Shown: positions 1 through 12,757 of the stretch, piece after piece
Position numbering within the stretch: the stretch's first letter is position 1
Layout of the letters: every line of letters begins with the position of its first letter
Assembly (NCBI GenBank): GCA_965235115.1
Contig: OZ249436.1
Coordinates: forward strand, 23,128,001-23,192,000
DNA length: 64,000 bases
From: Laetmonice hystrix
Taxonomy: Eukaryota
Direction of reading: 5' to 3'
The notes under the pieces: generated by a model
Database searches by the model: none
What the model saw: only the letters and a program-made list of their open reading frames with translations
What the model was told of the DNA's origin: nothing
Translations under genes and position numbers: made by a program

Positions 1-2498
1 TTTAATGCTTCAGGTTATCTGTGTTTGAAATTTAGAAACAGAATTCGTGTGGCCCTTAGCAAATCGTTTCTGATGGGCTTTGCAAAAATGAATTTCTTCA
101 GGAAAAAGGTACCAACCAAAGCATTTTTTCTTCTGTAAATTGACTTTAGTTTTACTATGAATCCCAGCTCTGAAACAATTTTTTTTTACCATGTAACAAT
201 CAATCAAAAGGTATACTTCTTTGGGAAATTATAAATTTTAGACACCAGACGACAAGTACGATGCCCAGAATTATTTTTTGGTGTGTATCATAAGTCTCGG
301 ACGTCACTTTTGCATCTCGAACGTCATGCGTCTGTTTGTTCTGAGTACAAATGAACACATATTTATAAGTACAAAACATAGAAAATTGAGGGGATGATTG
401 CAGTAACGTCCAACCCAACAGTATATTGGTCAAATTGTACCTGTTTGGTGCAAATTATCCTAAGACACAGGTTTGTTCGAGGCTTTGGACATTCTTGCTC
501 ATTATGTGTGGGTTTGTATGTTATTGCATTGCACTTTGTAAAAAGGCCATTTTGGTGTTAAATACTTCATTTTTTTCCTCAAAACAACAACCATGTGGGT
601 TTCGATGTTACTGCACCCAGCCCCCAAATCATAGGCCTATGTCTATCGCACCCTATGGACATGTAATCGTGTTTTTTTAGAAGAGAAGCCAATTTGAAAA
701 TTCATCCAAAAATTTAAGTTTAAGAAACAGTTAACTAATAATATACACACACACCTGGTCCTCACATGCATCTTCAGACATAATTTCACTAACATTGGAG
801 AACGATTTATATTCAGAATGCAGTTCAATGTGAGAACACGTGACGTCCGAGATTTCGAAATTATATCAAAAATGGTACTAAGATAATGGATTTGGTAAAT
901 TATTGGTTGTATTCATGTAAAGTATGCCAAAAGTGCTAGAAATATTGGTAAAATTTATTCATGGTACCGAAAGGAACTGAATTGGGAGAGGGTGAAAAGT
1001 GGGCATGACGTCCATAATAAATATCTCGGACGTCTCGCTATAGTGCTTTCTTTTGTCCACAGAAGTAAAAATCATAAGTTTAGATGTTCAAGAACAAGAA
1101 ATAATCTATACAGATACACAGAGGGATCTTGGCCAATACTGATAGAAGAAGAACCTATACACGACTTTTTTCAGCCCTTTTTTCTGTAAATTTGTATACT
1201 TTCGAGACGTCCGAGATTTGCTTAGGCAGCATTTTTACATAAACCTAGGAGACGAACGTGAAAACCACAGTTTCACACAAAAATACAATCTATTTAAGAC
1301 ATGTATAAACGTTTAAAACAGTGTCAATTAGCATGAAATTCAGTCTGCAGTCATTTCAAGAAAAGTATAAACAAAATCTCGAACGTCATCTTTTGACAAA
1401 CAAACAATCGGACCAAAACTTCATCTTCACTTCAAAGGGAATGCACGTCTCATATCCCCCTGCAACGGGCACTGAACACTTGAAGGTCAGAACTACTTTG
1501 TGGAAATCAACATGTTTCCGGACAAAATTGAGTATATATGTTTTCTTGGAAGGAATCAGATGTCCATCTGACGTAATGTTTCACTTTTCGGAAGTAGTAT
1601 AACACTGACATTCAGGATTTCGGGGAAATAAGATGAAGTATTTGCTAAAAACATGCTTAAATCGATCCTCCCGACGTATGCGACGTATCCATGCAGCTGG
1701 AAGTGCCGTCATACCGTTGTAACGACTCGTCAAAAGGGCAAAAGACGTATGCGACGTCTCGGACGTCACGCTTGTCTCGGACGTCATGTTCGGCATTTAC
1801 CCACCTCAATTTTTGTGTTACTGTGAATGGATTGCGTTAATATATGGAGGGTATTTTGCCTTTGAGGTAAAGATTATTTATGTATAGCACGGGGATTATT
1901 AGTTGGAAAAGACTTAATTTATCTAGGTATTATTGTGCATGACGTCCGAGACTTGTTTTAGTATAAAAGTTCTCAAGCGGCGGTAGCTGGGCAAGATTAC
2001 AAGTGGCTTGAAAAATTTGTGGCCACTTAGAGCACATATAAAGAGACCCTCTTTTCTACAAATAGTCAATACACAAGTTTCAGTATGATAAGTTTAGTAT
2101 GCCTGTATAATTGGTTTAATGCCAGATTATGGACGTCATGCGGCGTGCAGGACAAAATTGTATAAGACTGTGAACAGTACCAAAAGTGGTCGTGGGAAAG
2201 TCATGCTGGTATTGGGGATAAATAGGTCGATGTCCTGTTGAATGGCGCAAAAACTGTGTTTTTCCTCATTGTTTCCACTTAATATGAGTGATATTAATAA
2301 GGCGAGTGATAGGAAAATATGGATAATTTAAGTATGCAGAGAAACATAATCGTCAATATCAAAATTTCAGCTGGATAAACATCAAGAAACCTATACATTT
2401 TCTGAAGGCTAGACATTTCTCCTATTAGATGATCTGTTATGAACAGCTGTAAATCTTATAGTAAAGAATTTATTCACTGTATAAATGTGTCTACCCTG
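1..2498. mobile_element. Probable large non-autonomous DNA transposon remnant, left end outside the window
   Basis: AT-rich with no credible ORF. The 11-mer TCTCG(G/A)ACGTC recurs 9 times in both orientations. The segment ends in ...GTGTCTACCCTG|TA (reverse complement TA|CAGGGT), a Tc1/mariner-style terminus. Confidence 0.4.
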
Positions 2499-2500
2499 TA

Positions 2501-4360
2501 TTTTCGCCAAATGTACATTTCTGGGCGATATGACCCACGTACGTCCGTACGTCCGTCCGTCCGTCCGTCCGTCCGTCCGTATGTCCGTAGACAGCGATTT
2601 CTCAGAAGTGTATGGGTCGATTTCTTTAAAACTTCACACAAGGATCAGGGATGAACTGAGGATGATGCACGTCAAACAGATTTTTTATATCATTCAAAAT
2701 GGCCGCTTGGCGGCCATCTTGGATGTAAACACATTTTGAGCAATTAAGCGGTGTTTCCATTAACGCGGCTGCGGTCCGGCTGCGGTCCGGGCACGGGTAC
2801 GGCTGATATCGCACGTCGTTGTTTTTAATGTAGTTTTTAGTGTTTCCATTAATGCGATCTCCGTACGGCGCCCGTCCGGACGTCGCATGCGGCTGTTCCC
2901 GATGGAGCGATTCGAGCACAGCCGCAGATGAGCCGCATGAGGGATCCCCTTGATCCTAGGTGGTCACGTGCATGTTCTTCACTCAAAAAATGGATGACAC
3001 CATGCCTCACGTTGTCAGCAAGCAAGATATCCAAAAACTTAACGAAAAACTTATCGATTCGGCACGTGGATGTCCTATGACTCTATACTAACAGCATTGG
3101 GACGCAGCCGGGCCGCACCTTTAAAAACAACGACGTGCCATATCAGCCGTACCCGTGCCCGGACCGCAGCCGGGCCGCAGCCGCGTTAATGGAAACACCG
3201 CTTAACTCAGCCAAAACAATCACGATTTCTTTCAAACATGGTGCAGGGATGAGGCATAATGAGGGCCAATAGGCATCACAATAAAATTTCAATTCAGATC
3301 CAAAATGGCGACGTGGCGGCCATATTTGTTTCTTGACCCCCACAATGACACTGTTTTGGCTTATATCAAGCTTACATAATGATCCGGGACAGTCCACGGA
3401 TGAGGCAGGTCAAAGATATTTTTGACATCAGTCAAAATGGCCGCGTGGTGGCCATCTTGGATGTAAACACATTTGGAGCAATAACTCAGACAAAACGATC
3501 CCGATTTCTTTCAAATTTGGTGGAAAGAAGGTGTATATGAGGGGCAATGTATATGCCAATGTATTGACAGATCAGAGCAAATATGGCGACATGGCGGCCA
3601 TATTAATATTTTACTCCCCCCCATAACACTGTTTTGGCTCATATCTCGAAAACGGTGCAAGATAAGGCAATAGTTATTATTATTGATAGATAGGAAGTCA
3701 TATATGAAGTTTCATTTGGCGTCATTTTCCATGACCTTGAGCGACCTTGAAAGGTCAATCAAGGTCATGCATATTTAATGGCCTGTACCTCCAACCCAGT
3801 TGAAAATAACAACATCTAATCTTGCATGAAACATTACATAATAACCAGGGAGAGTCTAAGGAGGACACAGGTCAAATATATCATTAAAAATGGCTGCTTG
3901 GTGGCCATCTTGGATTTAAAGAAATTAGAAGCAATAACTGGCATTTTCTGGATTTCGTTCTTGCTGACAGAATGCATGAGGGGCAACAAGCGTGCCAAAA
4001 GTACGCATAGTTCCTGGACCCACAGATAATTTGTCCCTACTCAGTTGGTTTACGCCAGATAACGCTATCAAACTGTACATAACTGACCTCTGAAGGTCAA
4101 TCGAGGTCAAGCATATCTACAAAACACTTCACGTCGGATAACACTATCAAACTGTACATAACTGCATAGTTATTGCACACGCATCTTTACGCCGGATAAC
4201 GCTATCAAGCTGTACATAACTGCATAGAACTTTACTAAGTTTACGAAGTTTCATTTGACAATATTTCCTTTGCCCTTCAAAGATCAATTGAAGTCGTGCA
4301 TCGTTTTTTCAAGAATCCATAGTTCGTGGTGGGGGCTATAAGCTTCACAAGCTTGTTCTT
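2501..4360 (+). mobile_element. Helentron-associated (HINE/DINE-like) non-autonomous element
   Basis: Starts in a T-run, with a (GTCC)n microsatellite near the 5' end (~2538-2588). Internal CAAAATGGCCG..GGCCATCTTGGA and GACCTTGA..AGGTCAA modules repeat. A 3' hairpin AAGCTT-cac-AAGCTT is followed by a T-run. Confidence 0.6.
2748..3201. mobile_element. MITE with ~80-bp terminal inverted repeats (TIRs), nested in the HINE
   Basis: GCGGTGTTTCCATTAACGCGGCTGCGG... pairs with ...CCGCAGCCGCGTTAATGGAAACACCGC, flanked by TTAA (2744-2747, 3202-3205). A sister host subrepeat at ~3476-3490 (GAGCAATAACTCAG) shows an uninterrupted site. Confidence 0.85.
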
Positions 4361-5195
4361 TTTTAAATGCACGGGCATCAGGCGTAACCCAATTACTTTG
4401 AGAATGTCCGGAAAGAGAAAGGTTGTAGGCCTATAATAGTCCTCTACTGGAATCGAACCCCGGCCCCAAGATTACTGCAACCATTCGCATAACATAGGTA
4501 TCAACGCTTCTGGGTAATGATACTATGGACAGAGCACCATGCAGGGGTGAATAGATGACTCGATGAAGATGCGTGACCAAATAGTGGGTCCACAGTGGTC
4601 AGCTGTCAGCAGAATTAAGGATCGAATGTATACCTAGTCATATTCAAAATGACCGTCAAAATATTATGCAAATTAGATGAGATTTTTTTCAGAGACTCAA
4701 AGTTTAGATCATAATGCAACAGTCCACAATGTACACCTAACAAAATCTCTATGTCTAAAATGCTTAAAGGGTTACCCCCACCCCATAGGAGAAGAGTACG
4801 CAAATTTCCGCCCTCCCGATTATTTAAAATGAAAAGATCTTCGCACAAAGTAACCCCAACCCACCCTAGCGTGTAAACATTTACTCTGTCTTGCCAGGGA
4901 GCTGGTAACGACCACACGGTGCCCTCCAGCAAGAGAACATAACCAGCCTTCTTTATCCGATGTAATTGTTTTGGAAATGGAAAGCTCTATCTAAACAAAT
5001 CCGCCATAATAATATGGCCGAGGGGAAGGGTCGTTCTCGCTACAAGACATGACCATGCAAAAAAAGAATCGATTCCCCCCTCCCTACTGTATTTCTGTGG
5101 CTGGCCAACAGTCAATGTCGATCGGGGTGCGGTTGAGAATCGTGCCGCACTTGAAGTAGCAGACAAATAGAACTGGCCGATGAGGCAACCTTCTG

Positions 5196-5466
5196 CCGTG
5201 AGAGTTAAGTCGATTCTGCTTGGCATTGCTGGATTCATAACTCGTGCTATTGATCGAGACACAGCGGTCTAAGTTGATTTCCTGCGCCGGGCGCTAGTTG
5301 ACCAAAGACGGTCCGTGGCCGACAGTCGACGCCCAGTCGACGCCACTGTACGTTCACGCTCTATGTGCCATTGCGAGCGTAACGCAATTAGCGCTCCGCT
5401 TCATCCGCACAAATGACATTTTTCTTATTAGATCAGCGAACGTGATAAGTGACTTTTGTAAGCTCA
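5196..5466. promoter_or_regulatory. Putative conserved non-coding element, copy A (paralog of 28501-28763)
   Basis: Ungapped 93-bp block at 68/93 identity plus a second block with a 28-bp identical core. No reading frame is shared across both blocks. Regulatory function is inferred. Confidence 0.5.
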
Positions 5467-7070
5467 TCCTCCGAATGCGGCATGTCTTGCATCCTATTCT
5501 GAACGGTGACGCGACCGGCCTTGGAGCCGAAGCCTTGCCTCTGAGCATTGACTTTGGCGGCCTGGCGAGATCGGGAGCGGCCCAGTGGGCTCTGGGAAGG
5601 GCGGGGTGGTTTCCATGTACTGTATGTGTCGTACACCGACAGCTAGGCTCCGTAATCAAATCAACGAGCGAATGGAGGCAAACACACCGGCTGCAAGGAG
5701 CTGGACTTAAGTGCTCTCCTGCTCGGGCTCATATGTGGTGGTTTGTTGGTCGTAACAATGACGCCACTCCTGGCAATTTTGTGATCAGGGTAATACGGGT
5801 ACCAGGCACTAGATCTGATTGGCAGACATATCGACACAAGCACCGCCATCAACATTAACATCAACACTTATGCTAACGCCAGTCCAACACCAACATAGAA
5901 CTAGACCTGTCGTGGCTAAACCACGATGGATGCCATCCCTTGGGTGATTTATGTCCCTATGATTTAATGAGGTCATTATGACGTGTGATGTCACGATACG
6001 TATTAAGTCTTGGTGTTAATCAAAAAGAGCACATGTATGACTGCCTGTTGAATTGTAGTTATGTTCAATAGTAGCTATGGCTCATCTTGCACCGTTTACG
6101 AGTTATAGGCCTTAGGAAATATTGATGATGTCATTATGATGTCATATATCATGTTATGTCGCGAACCTTGGTGTCATTTGAAAGAGGATCTATGACTTCC
6201 TGTTCATGTTCAATTGTAACCATGGCTTTATATCCCACCATTTACAAGTTATATGCCTTAGAATATATTGATGACGTCATTATGACATCGTATCTCGGGC
6301 GACGTCATGAATCTTGGTGTCAATTGAAAGAACATTATGACTTCCTATTCACGTTCAATAGTAACTATGGTCCTATCTTGCACCGTTTTACAGTTATAGG
6401 CCATAGAAGATACCAATGACGTCATTATGACGTCATACGTCACGCTACCTAATAAATGTTGGTGTCAATTGAAAGAGCATGTATGACTTCCTATTCATGT
6501 TCAATAGTAACCATGGCTTTATCTCCCACCATTTAGGAGTTATAGGCCTTAGAAAATATTGATGACGTCATTATGACGTCATACGTCACGCTACATCATC
6601 AAACTTGGCGTCAATTGAAAGAGCATGCATGACTTCCTACTCGTGTTCAATAGTAACTATGGCCCTATCTGGCACCGTTTCTTAGTTATAAATAGGCCTT
6701 ACAAGATGTCAATGACGTCATTATGACGCCATACGTCACGCTACATCCGTTTCTTAGTTATATCGACCACTGATCAAATGTTTCAGGTCACGTGACTCAG
6801 CGAATATAGGTCAAATCATTTGTAGCAAAGGGGATTCCTTTGAAGCTCTCCTTAAAAACATCCCTGTGCAATTTCATAAAATTTGAATGAAAATTGAAGA
6901 AGAAGTAGGGATTTAAGCATTTTCTGACCTTTGACCCAACTTTCAGACATGTCCAAGGTCAAAGGTCAAAATGTTTCCAAAATATGAATTAGGTCCTTGC
7001 CCAATTCTGACAGTGTCATCAGTTCCTCAAAAGTATCCATATATTCGTGCAAACACGGAGGGACCAACTC

Positions 7071-7557
7071 ACCCCGATACCGACATCACGCATGAGGATG
7101 ACCCAGAGCAACCAACATCCCCAATACTGACATCATGCATGAGGATGACCCAGAGCAACCAACATCCCCAATACTGACATCATGCATGAGGATGACCCAG
7201 AGCAACCAACATCCCCAATACTGACATCATGCATGAGGATGACCCAGAGCAACCAACATCCCCGATACCGACATCATGCATGAGGATGACCCAGAGCAAT
7301 ACCAACATCCCCGATGCCGACATCATGCATGAGGATGACCCCGAACAATACCAACCTCCCCGATACCGACATCATGCATGAGGATGACCCAGAGCAACCA
7401 ACATCCCCGATACCGACATCATGCAGGAGGATGACCCAGAGCAACCAACATCCCGATACCGACATCATGCAGGAGGATGACCCAGAGCAACCAACATCCC
7501 CGATACCGACATCATGCAGGAGGATGACCCACAGCAATCAACATCCCCGATACCAAC
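7071..7557. repeat. 47-bp minisatellite, ~10 copies
   Basis: Unit CCCCGATACCGACATCATGCATGAGGATGACCCAGAGCAACCAACAT read directly. Confidence 0.95.
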
Positions 7558-7754
7558 ACCATTAAACCCCAAACTAATAAGTTTATATGGAAGAAAACAA
7601 AATAAACAAGCATAAGCTGAAACAGCTCAAGTTAAAATAGCTTATTTGGCTCAATTTTATTGCTGCAGCACCGTTCCCTTAATAAGATTAAGTTGAAACA
7701 ACATGGCAGGGTTAACAGTGTATCAACAGCACTTACATACCTCCGGCCAGTACA

Positions 7755-8518
7755 GGTGTGCCATGAAATATTGCAGTCATGAAATATTGCAGTAATGCGT
7801 AAAAATGCTGCAATATTTCATGACTGCAATTTTTCATAGCCATTGGCTATGAAATATTGCAGTCATGAAATATTGCCGCGTTGCGCTTTCTTACTGCAAT
7901 ATTTCATGACTGCAATATTTCATAGGCGGCATTATTTCATAGCTATAGGCTATGAAATATTGCAGTCCGTGGAATATTGCAGCATTTCATGACTGCAATA
8001 TTTCATAGGCGGCATTATTCCATAGCTATAGCTATGAAATATTGCAGTCCGTACAATATTGCAGCATCTCATGACTGCAATACTTCATAGCTATAGCTAT
8101 GGAATAATGCCGCCTATGAAATATTGCAGTCTTGAAAAAGCCCAGTAGGCTACTGCAATATTCCACGGACTGCAATATTTCATAGCTATAGCTATGGAAT
8201 AATGCCGCCTATGAAATATTGCAGTCTTGAAAAAGCCTAGTAGGCTACCGCAATATTCCACGGACTGCAATATTTCATAGCTACAGGCTATGACATATTG
8301 CTGCCTATGAAATAATGCAGTGATGCAATACTGCAATATTTCATAGGCAGTAATATTTCATAGCCTGTACCTATGAAATATTGCAGGCTATAAAATTTTG
8401 CAGTATTGCGTCACTGCAATATTTCATAGGCAGCAATATTTCATAGCTACAGGCTATGAAATATTGCAGTGACGCAATGCTGCAATATTTCATAGGCAAC
8501 AATATTTCATAGTACACC
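7755..8518. repeat. Palindromic foldback satellite element (ATGAAATATTGCAGT family), locus 1
   Basis: Self-complementary ~83-bp units with an orientation switch at ~8095. Inverted termini GGTGTGCCATGAAATATTG and CAATATTTCATAGTACACC. Confidence 0.85.
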
Positions 8519-9003
8519 GGCCGACGAGCTCACAGTCGGCGGTCTGTGTATACAGAGACTCCAACCATCCTAGTGACAAACATTTCATTGTGAAGACTAT
8601 ACCCATGAAACCTTATTTGCTCTATTGCCTTTCGAGAAAAAGAATTAAACAATACGTGGTATTCTTGACTCTATGCACTTTATAACAGCTGTACTTGCAT
8701 ATATGATTATGTGTAACACGTTTCAAGAGACAGCCCGTCAAATTTCGGTTACATAAATCACCATAAGGCAAAAAATAAATAAAATAAAAAAAATCCAAAA
8801 AACCCCGGTTTCTGGTCCGCGCGCGCGTCACTTCAGATGCCGCGGATTCAGTGTTTTTTTTCTTGCCCTCACCTTGGATGACTGAGTGTACTGCAACGGA
8901 AGTGTATTTATTAGCGATGACAGCATATTGTCGAATATTGTCGAATTTTACAAAAAAAAGAGTAAGGAGTAGTGATTTAACCAATTTACGACCTAGGACC
9001 CAG

Positions 9004-9206
9004 GGGCCCGTTTCACTAAGCGAGGACATCCCCAAGTGGGGACATCCACGATTCAGAGACATCCCGTTTCACTAAAATGTCTTCGAAATTAACATTGCCT
9101 GAATTGGAGATGTCCCCAGGGAGGGACATGTTAGTGGAACACTTTGGGTGGGGATGTCCCCAAATCAGGGATGTCACGGGGATGTCACCGTTAGTGAAAC
9201 GGGCCC
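9004..9206. mobile_element. Harbinger-like MITE with 3-bp CAG TSD
   Basis: TIRs GGGCCCGTTTCACTAA and TTAGTGAAACGGGCCC. CAG at 9001-9003 and 9207-9209. Internal GGACATCCC/GGGATGTC motifs. Confidence 0.85.
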
Positions 9207-11154
9207 CAGTTCTCCCTAAGCCAAGGTCAAAGGTCAAAGGAAGGGTCAGTCGTAGGCAAGACCCTTGCCTGATCAAAACGCCATACATATTGTAAATTCC
9301 CAATATGAACTTTAAAAATGGCCCCCAATATCCCAAAAAGGTGACGTCATGACGTGACGTCACGTGACGTCATGACTGACCATTGTCTGACCAGACTTCG
9401 TCATGGTCAAGATGCGTACCCAGTTTGGTTGAGATATCTTGAAAAATGATAGTGTTTACTACAAGTCCACAACTACAATTTCAAAATACCATCCCCTCCG
9501 TGGGGATGGGATAATAACAACAACACCAACGACGACGCCGTTGTTTATGATCGCGTGGCACCACCACGCCACCATGTGGGGAACAAGTCAAACGCGTAAA
9601 TGCTCTGAGACTATACCCGCACAGCCAGAGAGTCGGGTGACCGAGACGGCAGAAGTCAGCGTGTGGCCGAATACTCCGGGTGTAGGTACTTCCCTTCCAT
9701 AACACTATGGACTGAGGCTGGTCACATCCGAGCGATAATATAGATTTTTTCTTACGCGTGACATCATGGCCATTCCCTGTCTTGAGCCATCGAGACTGTA
9801 GGCATTGGGGAATTTTGGCAGATTTTAGTTCCAAATTAATGAACAGGTGGCGCTACTGAACCATCGGCGTTCCAAGAGCAGATGCGATGCGCAAGCAGAA
9901 TGACAACAACGTGAACCGAGTCTGAGAGGGTGGTAATTAGATTGGTGTGTAGGCCTACAGCCTTCAAGCCTAACGACCATACACTATACGTTGTAGAATG
10001 ATTTATGTAGAAATACGTTTAATAGCGAAAATAAATGTAGTATAGTCATGAATGACTCCTGGAGACACAGCTCATATTGCTATAGTGACCCCCTTAACTC
10101 TCTGATCTTGTCGGTCATTCACCATGCTTGTTTATCTTTAATCATATATAATCACGTGCATCGTATTCTTGAACATTATTGGGGCATAAAACTCCTGTGT
10201 TTTCAGTAACATAATCTTATTGTACACTCAATTATGGTTAGGTGCCCTTTTTGTAGGCCTTTTTGGAGTGAGTCTCCGAATTATCAACAAATAAAATATT
10301 TGCATATTAAGCATCATTTTCAATCACGTTTCTTCTCCAAAATCTGTAACAGGTCTGGGAATACAGTAGGGGGGGGGGGGGGCAGAGGTGGATCCAGGAA
10401 TTTGTCATGGGGTGTGGCCTGCATCTAACGATAATGTCAGGAGGTGCCACCATGGACAACATAAATGCATAGTTAGTTTTGGGTTATCATTTGTTGGTTT
10501 CTAGATAATAAAATAATAATAAATAAATAGATGGGGAGATACATAAGTGGAAAAATGGGAAGATTTGAGGGAAGATCGATCGATCGATCGATCGATCAAT
10601 CAATTAATTATGCCATATTCTTGGGAAAATACCAGTTTTGTTCTCAGGTTTTGGCACTCTGCCGATTGACTCAAGGCAATTACTCGGTTTCCGAATAACT
10701 GTCTCAGGCGATTTGTTACAGTCTGTTTCATTACTTTTCCTTGTTTCCATCATTATTTGTTTGAATTGAAAAGGTCTAGCCTGTCTGTGCGCAAATGGTA
10801 AAATAAGGTTTGTTTTTAAACAGCAAACTAAAGCAGAAGCGTTAGTCCCTCTGGACGAATTACTGCATTGTTCTGAATTTGCCAAATATCTGATTCTGAT
10901 CTGATTTATTTTACTCGCCCTTTAATGTCACTCTTTTGACTATCTAATGTGTATCTATAAGACAGACGCCGTCATACCAATTCACAGCATGATTTATTAT
11001 CTACCCCACTTCCCAACTTCACCTTTGAACATCTTCGCAGTGGAACTATCTTTTGCAATTTCATCCAGTGTGGATTGTCAAAGAAGCGGACACATTATGT
11101 ATGCTTTTTAACGCGTTTTTAAATACAACGGTTTTAACGACAGGTGGTTGTAAC

Positions 11155-12190
11155 AGACAAAAAAGTTAGGAAACTTGGTGTCAGTCACTTATATCTCAGT
11201 TATTTGTAATCTGGTTATATCATATCATATATCAGTGGAAAGCTTATTCATTCTTCTTCACAACGACACCAAAATGTTAATAATTACTTGTTTCAGGGCT
11301 CAGTAACTCTGCTTTGAATGCGGGTAGGGTCTCAATAAATGTGCCAGATTTGCCATATCTGTGCTCAACAGAACAACCAACCCTCTATAACAGCCAGCTC
11401 TCTATCAGTAACAACCAACTCTCTATCAGTAACAACCAGCTGTCTATTAATAACAACCAGCTCCATATCAGTATACAATAAATAAACGAGACATATTGAC
11501 AATTTTACGTTTCACTCATTGAAAATTGCCAATAGGTCTTGTTTATTCCAAAAGAAATCTGCCAAATTTGCCATTATCTGTACTCAACCAACACTCTATC
11601 AATAACAACCAGTTCTCTATCTGTAACAACCTCTGCTCCCTATTAGTAACAAGGAATAAACAAGACATATAGGAAATTTTACGCAATCAAGTTGGCTAAT
11701 CTTAAAAATCCTTTTTGAGGAATGTCCACAATGCCATCCCACAGCAGCGCATAACCAGGCTGGTGACCAGCATGAGGACGTGCCAGGCTGTTGTACCTGC
11801 TTATGGTTTTTCTACCCGCTACTCACGCTCCTGACTGGTGCTTTTTCAGTGAATAATGTGTTCCATTAATAAAGCGGAAAATTGCCAATATGTCTTGTTT
11901 ATTTCTTGTTACTGACAGGGAGTTTGTGGTTTGTTACTGATAGAGAGCTAGTTGTTACAGATAGGGTTGGTTGTTCTGTTGAGCACAGAATGACAATAGC
12001 AAATTTGGCACATTTTGTTGAGACCCCACCCGCGTTCACAGCAGAGTTACTGAGCCCTGAAACAAGTGATTATTAACATTTGGTGTAGAGAAGATATATA
12101 TATATTGATATATGACATGATATAACCAGGTCAGAAATAACCGAGATATAAGTGACTTACCACAAGTTTCCAAACTTTTTTTTGAGGGGT
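11155..12190. mobile_element. MITE/foldback DNA element with long (~250 bp) imperfect inverted arms
   Basis: ~11160-11415 is the diverged reverse complement of ~11925-12183 (e.g. CTCAGTAACTCTGCT and AGCAGAGTTACTGAG; AGTCACTTATATCTC and GAGATATAAGTGACT). Confidence 0.8.
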
Positions 12191-12192
12191 TT

Positions 12193-12757
12193 AGTATAGT
12201 ATAGTATAGTATAGTATAGTATAGTAACTTTATTACAGACTCAGCCGTACATTAGTATTGGGGTCCATATAGTGAGTGATGAGTTAAAGTAAATACATGT
12301 GTACCTCGGAAATAAATATATATCTTTAACCAGTATAATCTGTTTCTTGATAAGTATTTTACACTGGAATCCAGTATGATCGAATTCCCAGCCTTCTCTA
12401 AACGATTCATCAATATATAGACTAGATTTCTTATCAAAGAATTGCAACATCACTGCACATCAAAGACAGTACACACCTCCGAGAGAACCACTCCTTTGAG
12501 TGAAAAATAAGGTAAGTTTGCACCTTTGAGCAGTCTTGATCTAAATGTCATAACAACACTCTTCAATGAGTTCGAAGTAACATCATGGCTCAAACCAAAT
12601 GTCTCACAAACCCTGAGTACCCGTTAAGGCCTGAGACTGATGGCACAATTAATACTAGATCATTAGCATACATGAGGTGGTTGATAATCACACCACCAAA
12701 AGAACACCCTACCTTACATGCATTTAACTTAGCACTCAAATCATCGACATAAGTCAG
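12193..12757 (-). pseudogene. 5'-truncated, internally deleted LINE remnant (RT fragment, ORF2 end, (TACTA)n tail)
   Basis: YVDDLSAKLNACKVGC..NHLMYANDLVLIVPSVSGL is a degenerate RT YADD region. A C-terminal NSII..S...W motif follows, then AATAAA and a (TACTA)n tail at 12193-12225. Clade uncertain. Confidence 0.8.

Larger units (their letters stand above)
5901..9514 (-). mobile_element. HINE/Helentron-type element (CCATCCCC sub-TIR family) expanded by nested insertions
   Basis: 5' stem-loop CCATCCCC..GGGGATGG at ~9489-9509. On the minus strand the 3' end reads GGGATGG, hairpin (TCGTGG..CCACGA), CTAG(TT) at 5901. Internal modules, including ~120-bp subrepeats at 5960-6750, occur in the same order as in the copy at 45140-46772. 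Confidence 0.7.

Noticed and set aside
5298..5858. 186-aa ORF overlapping the paralogous element
   Set aside because: Non-ATG start, no recognisable domain, and the homologous frame at 28.7 kb has a stop.
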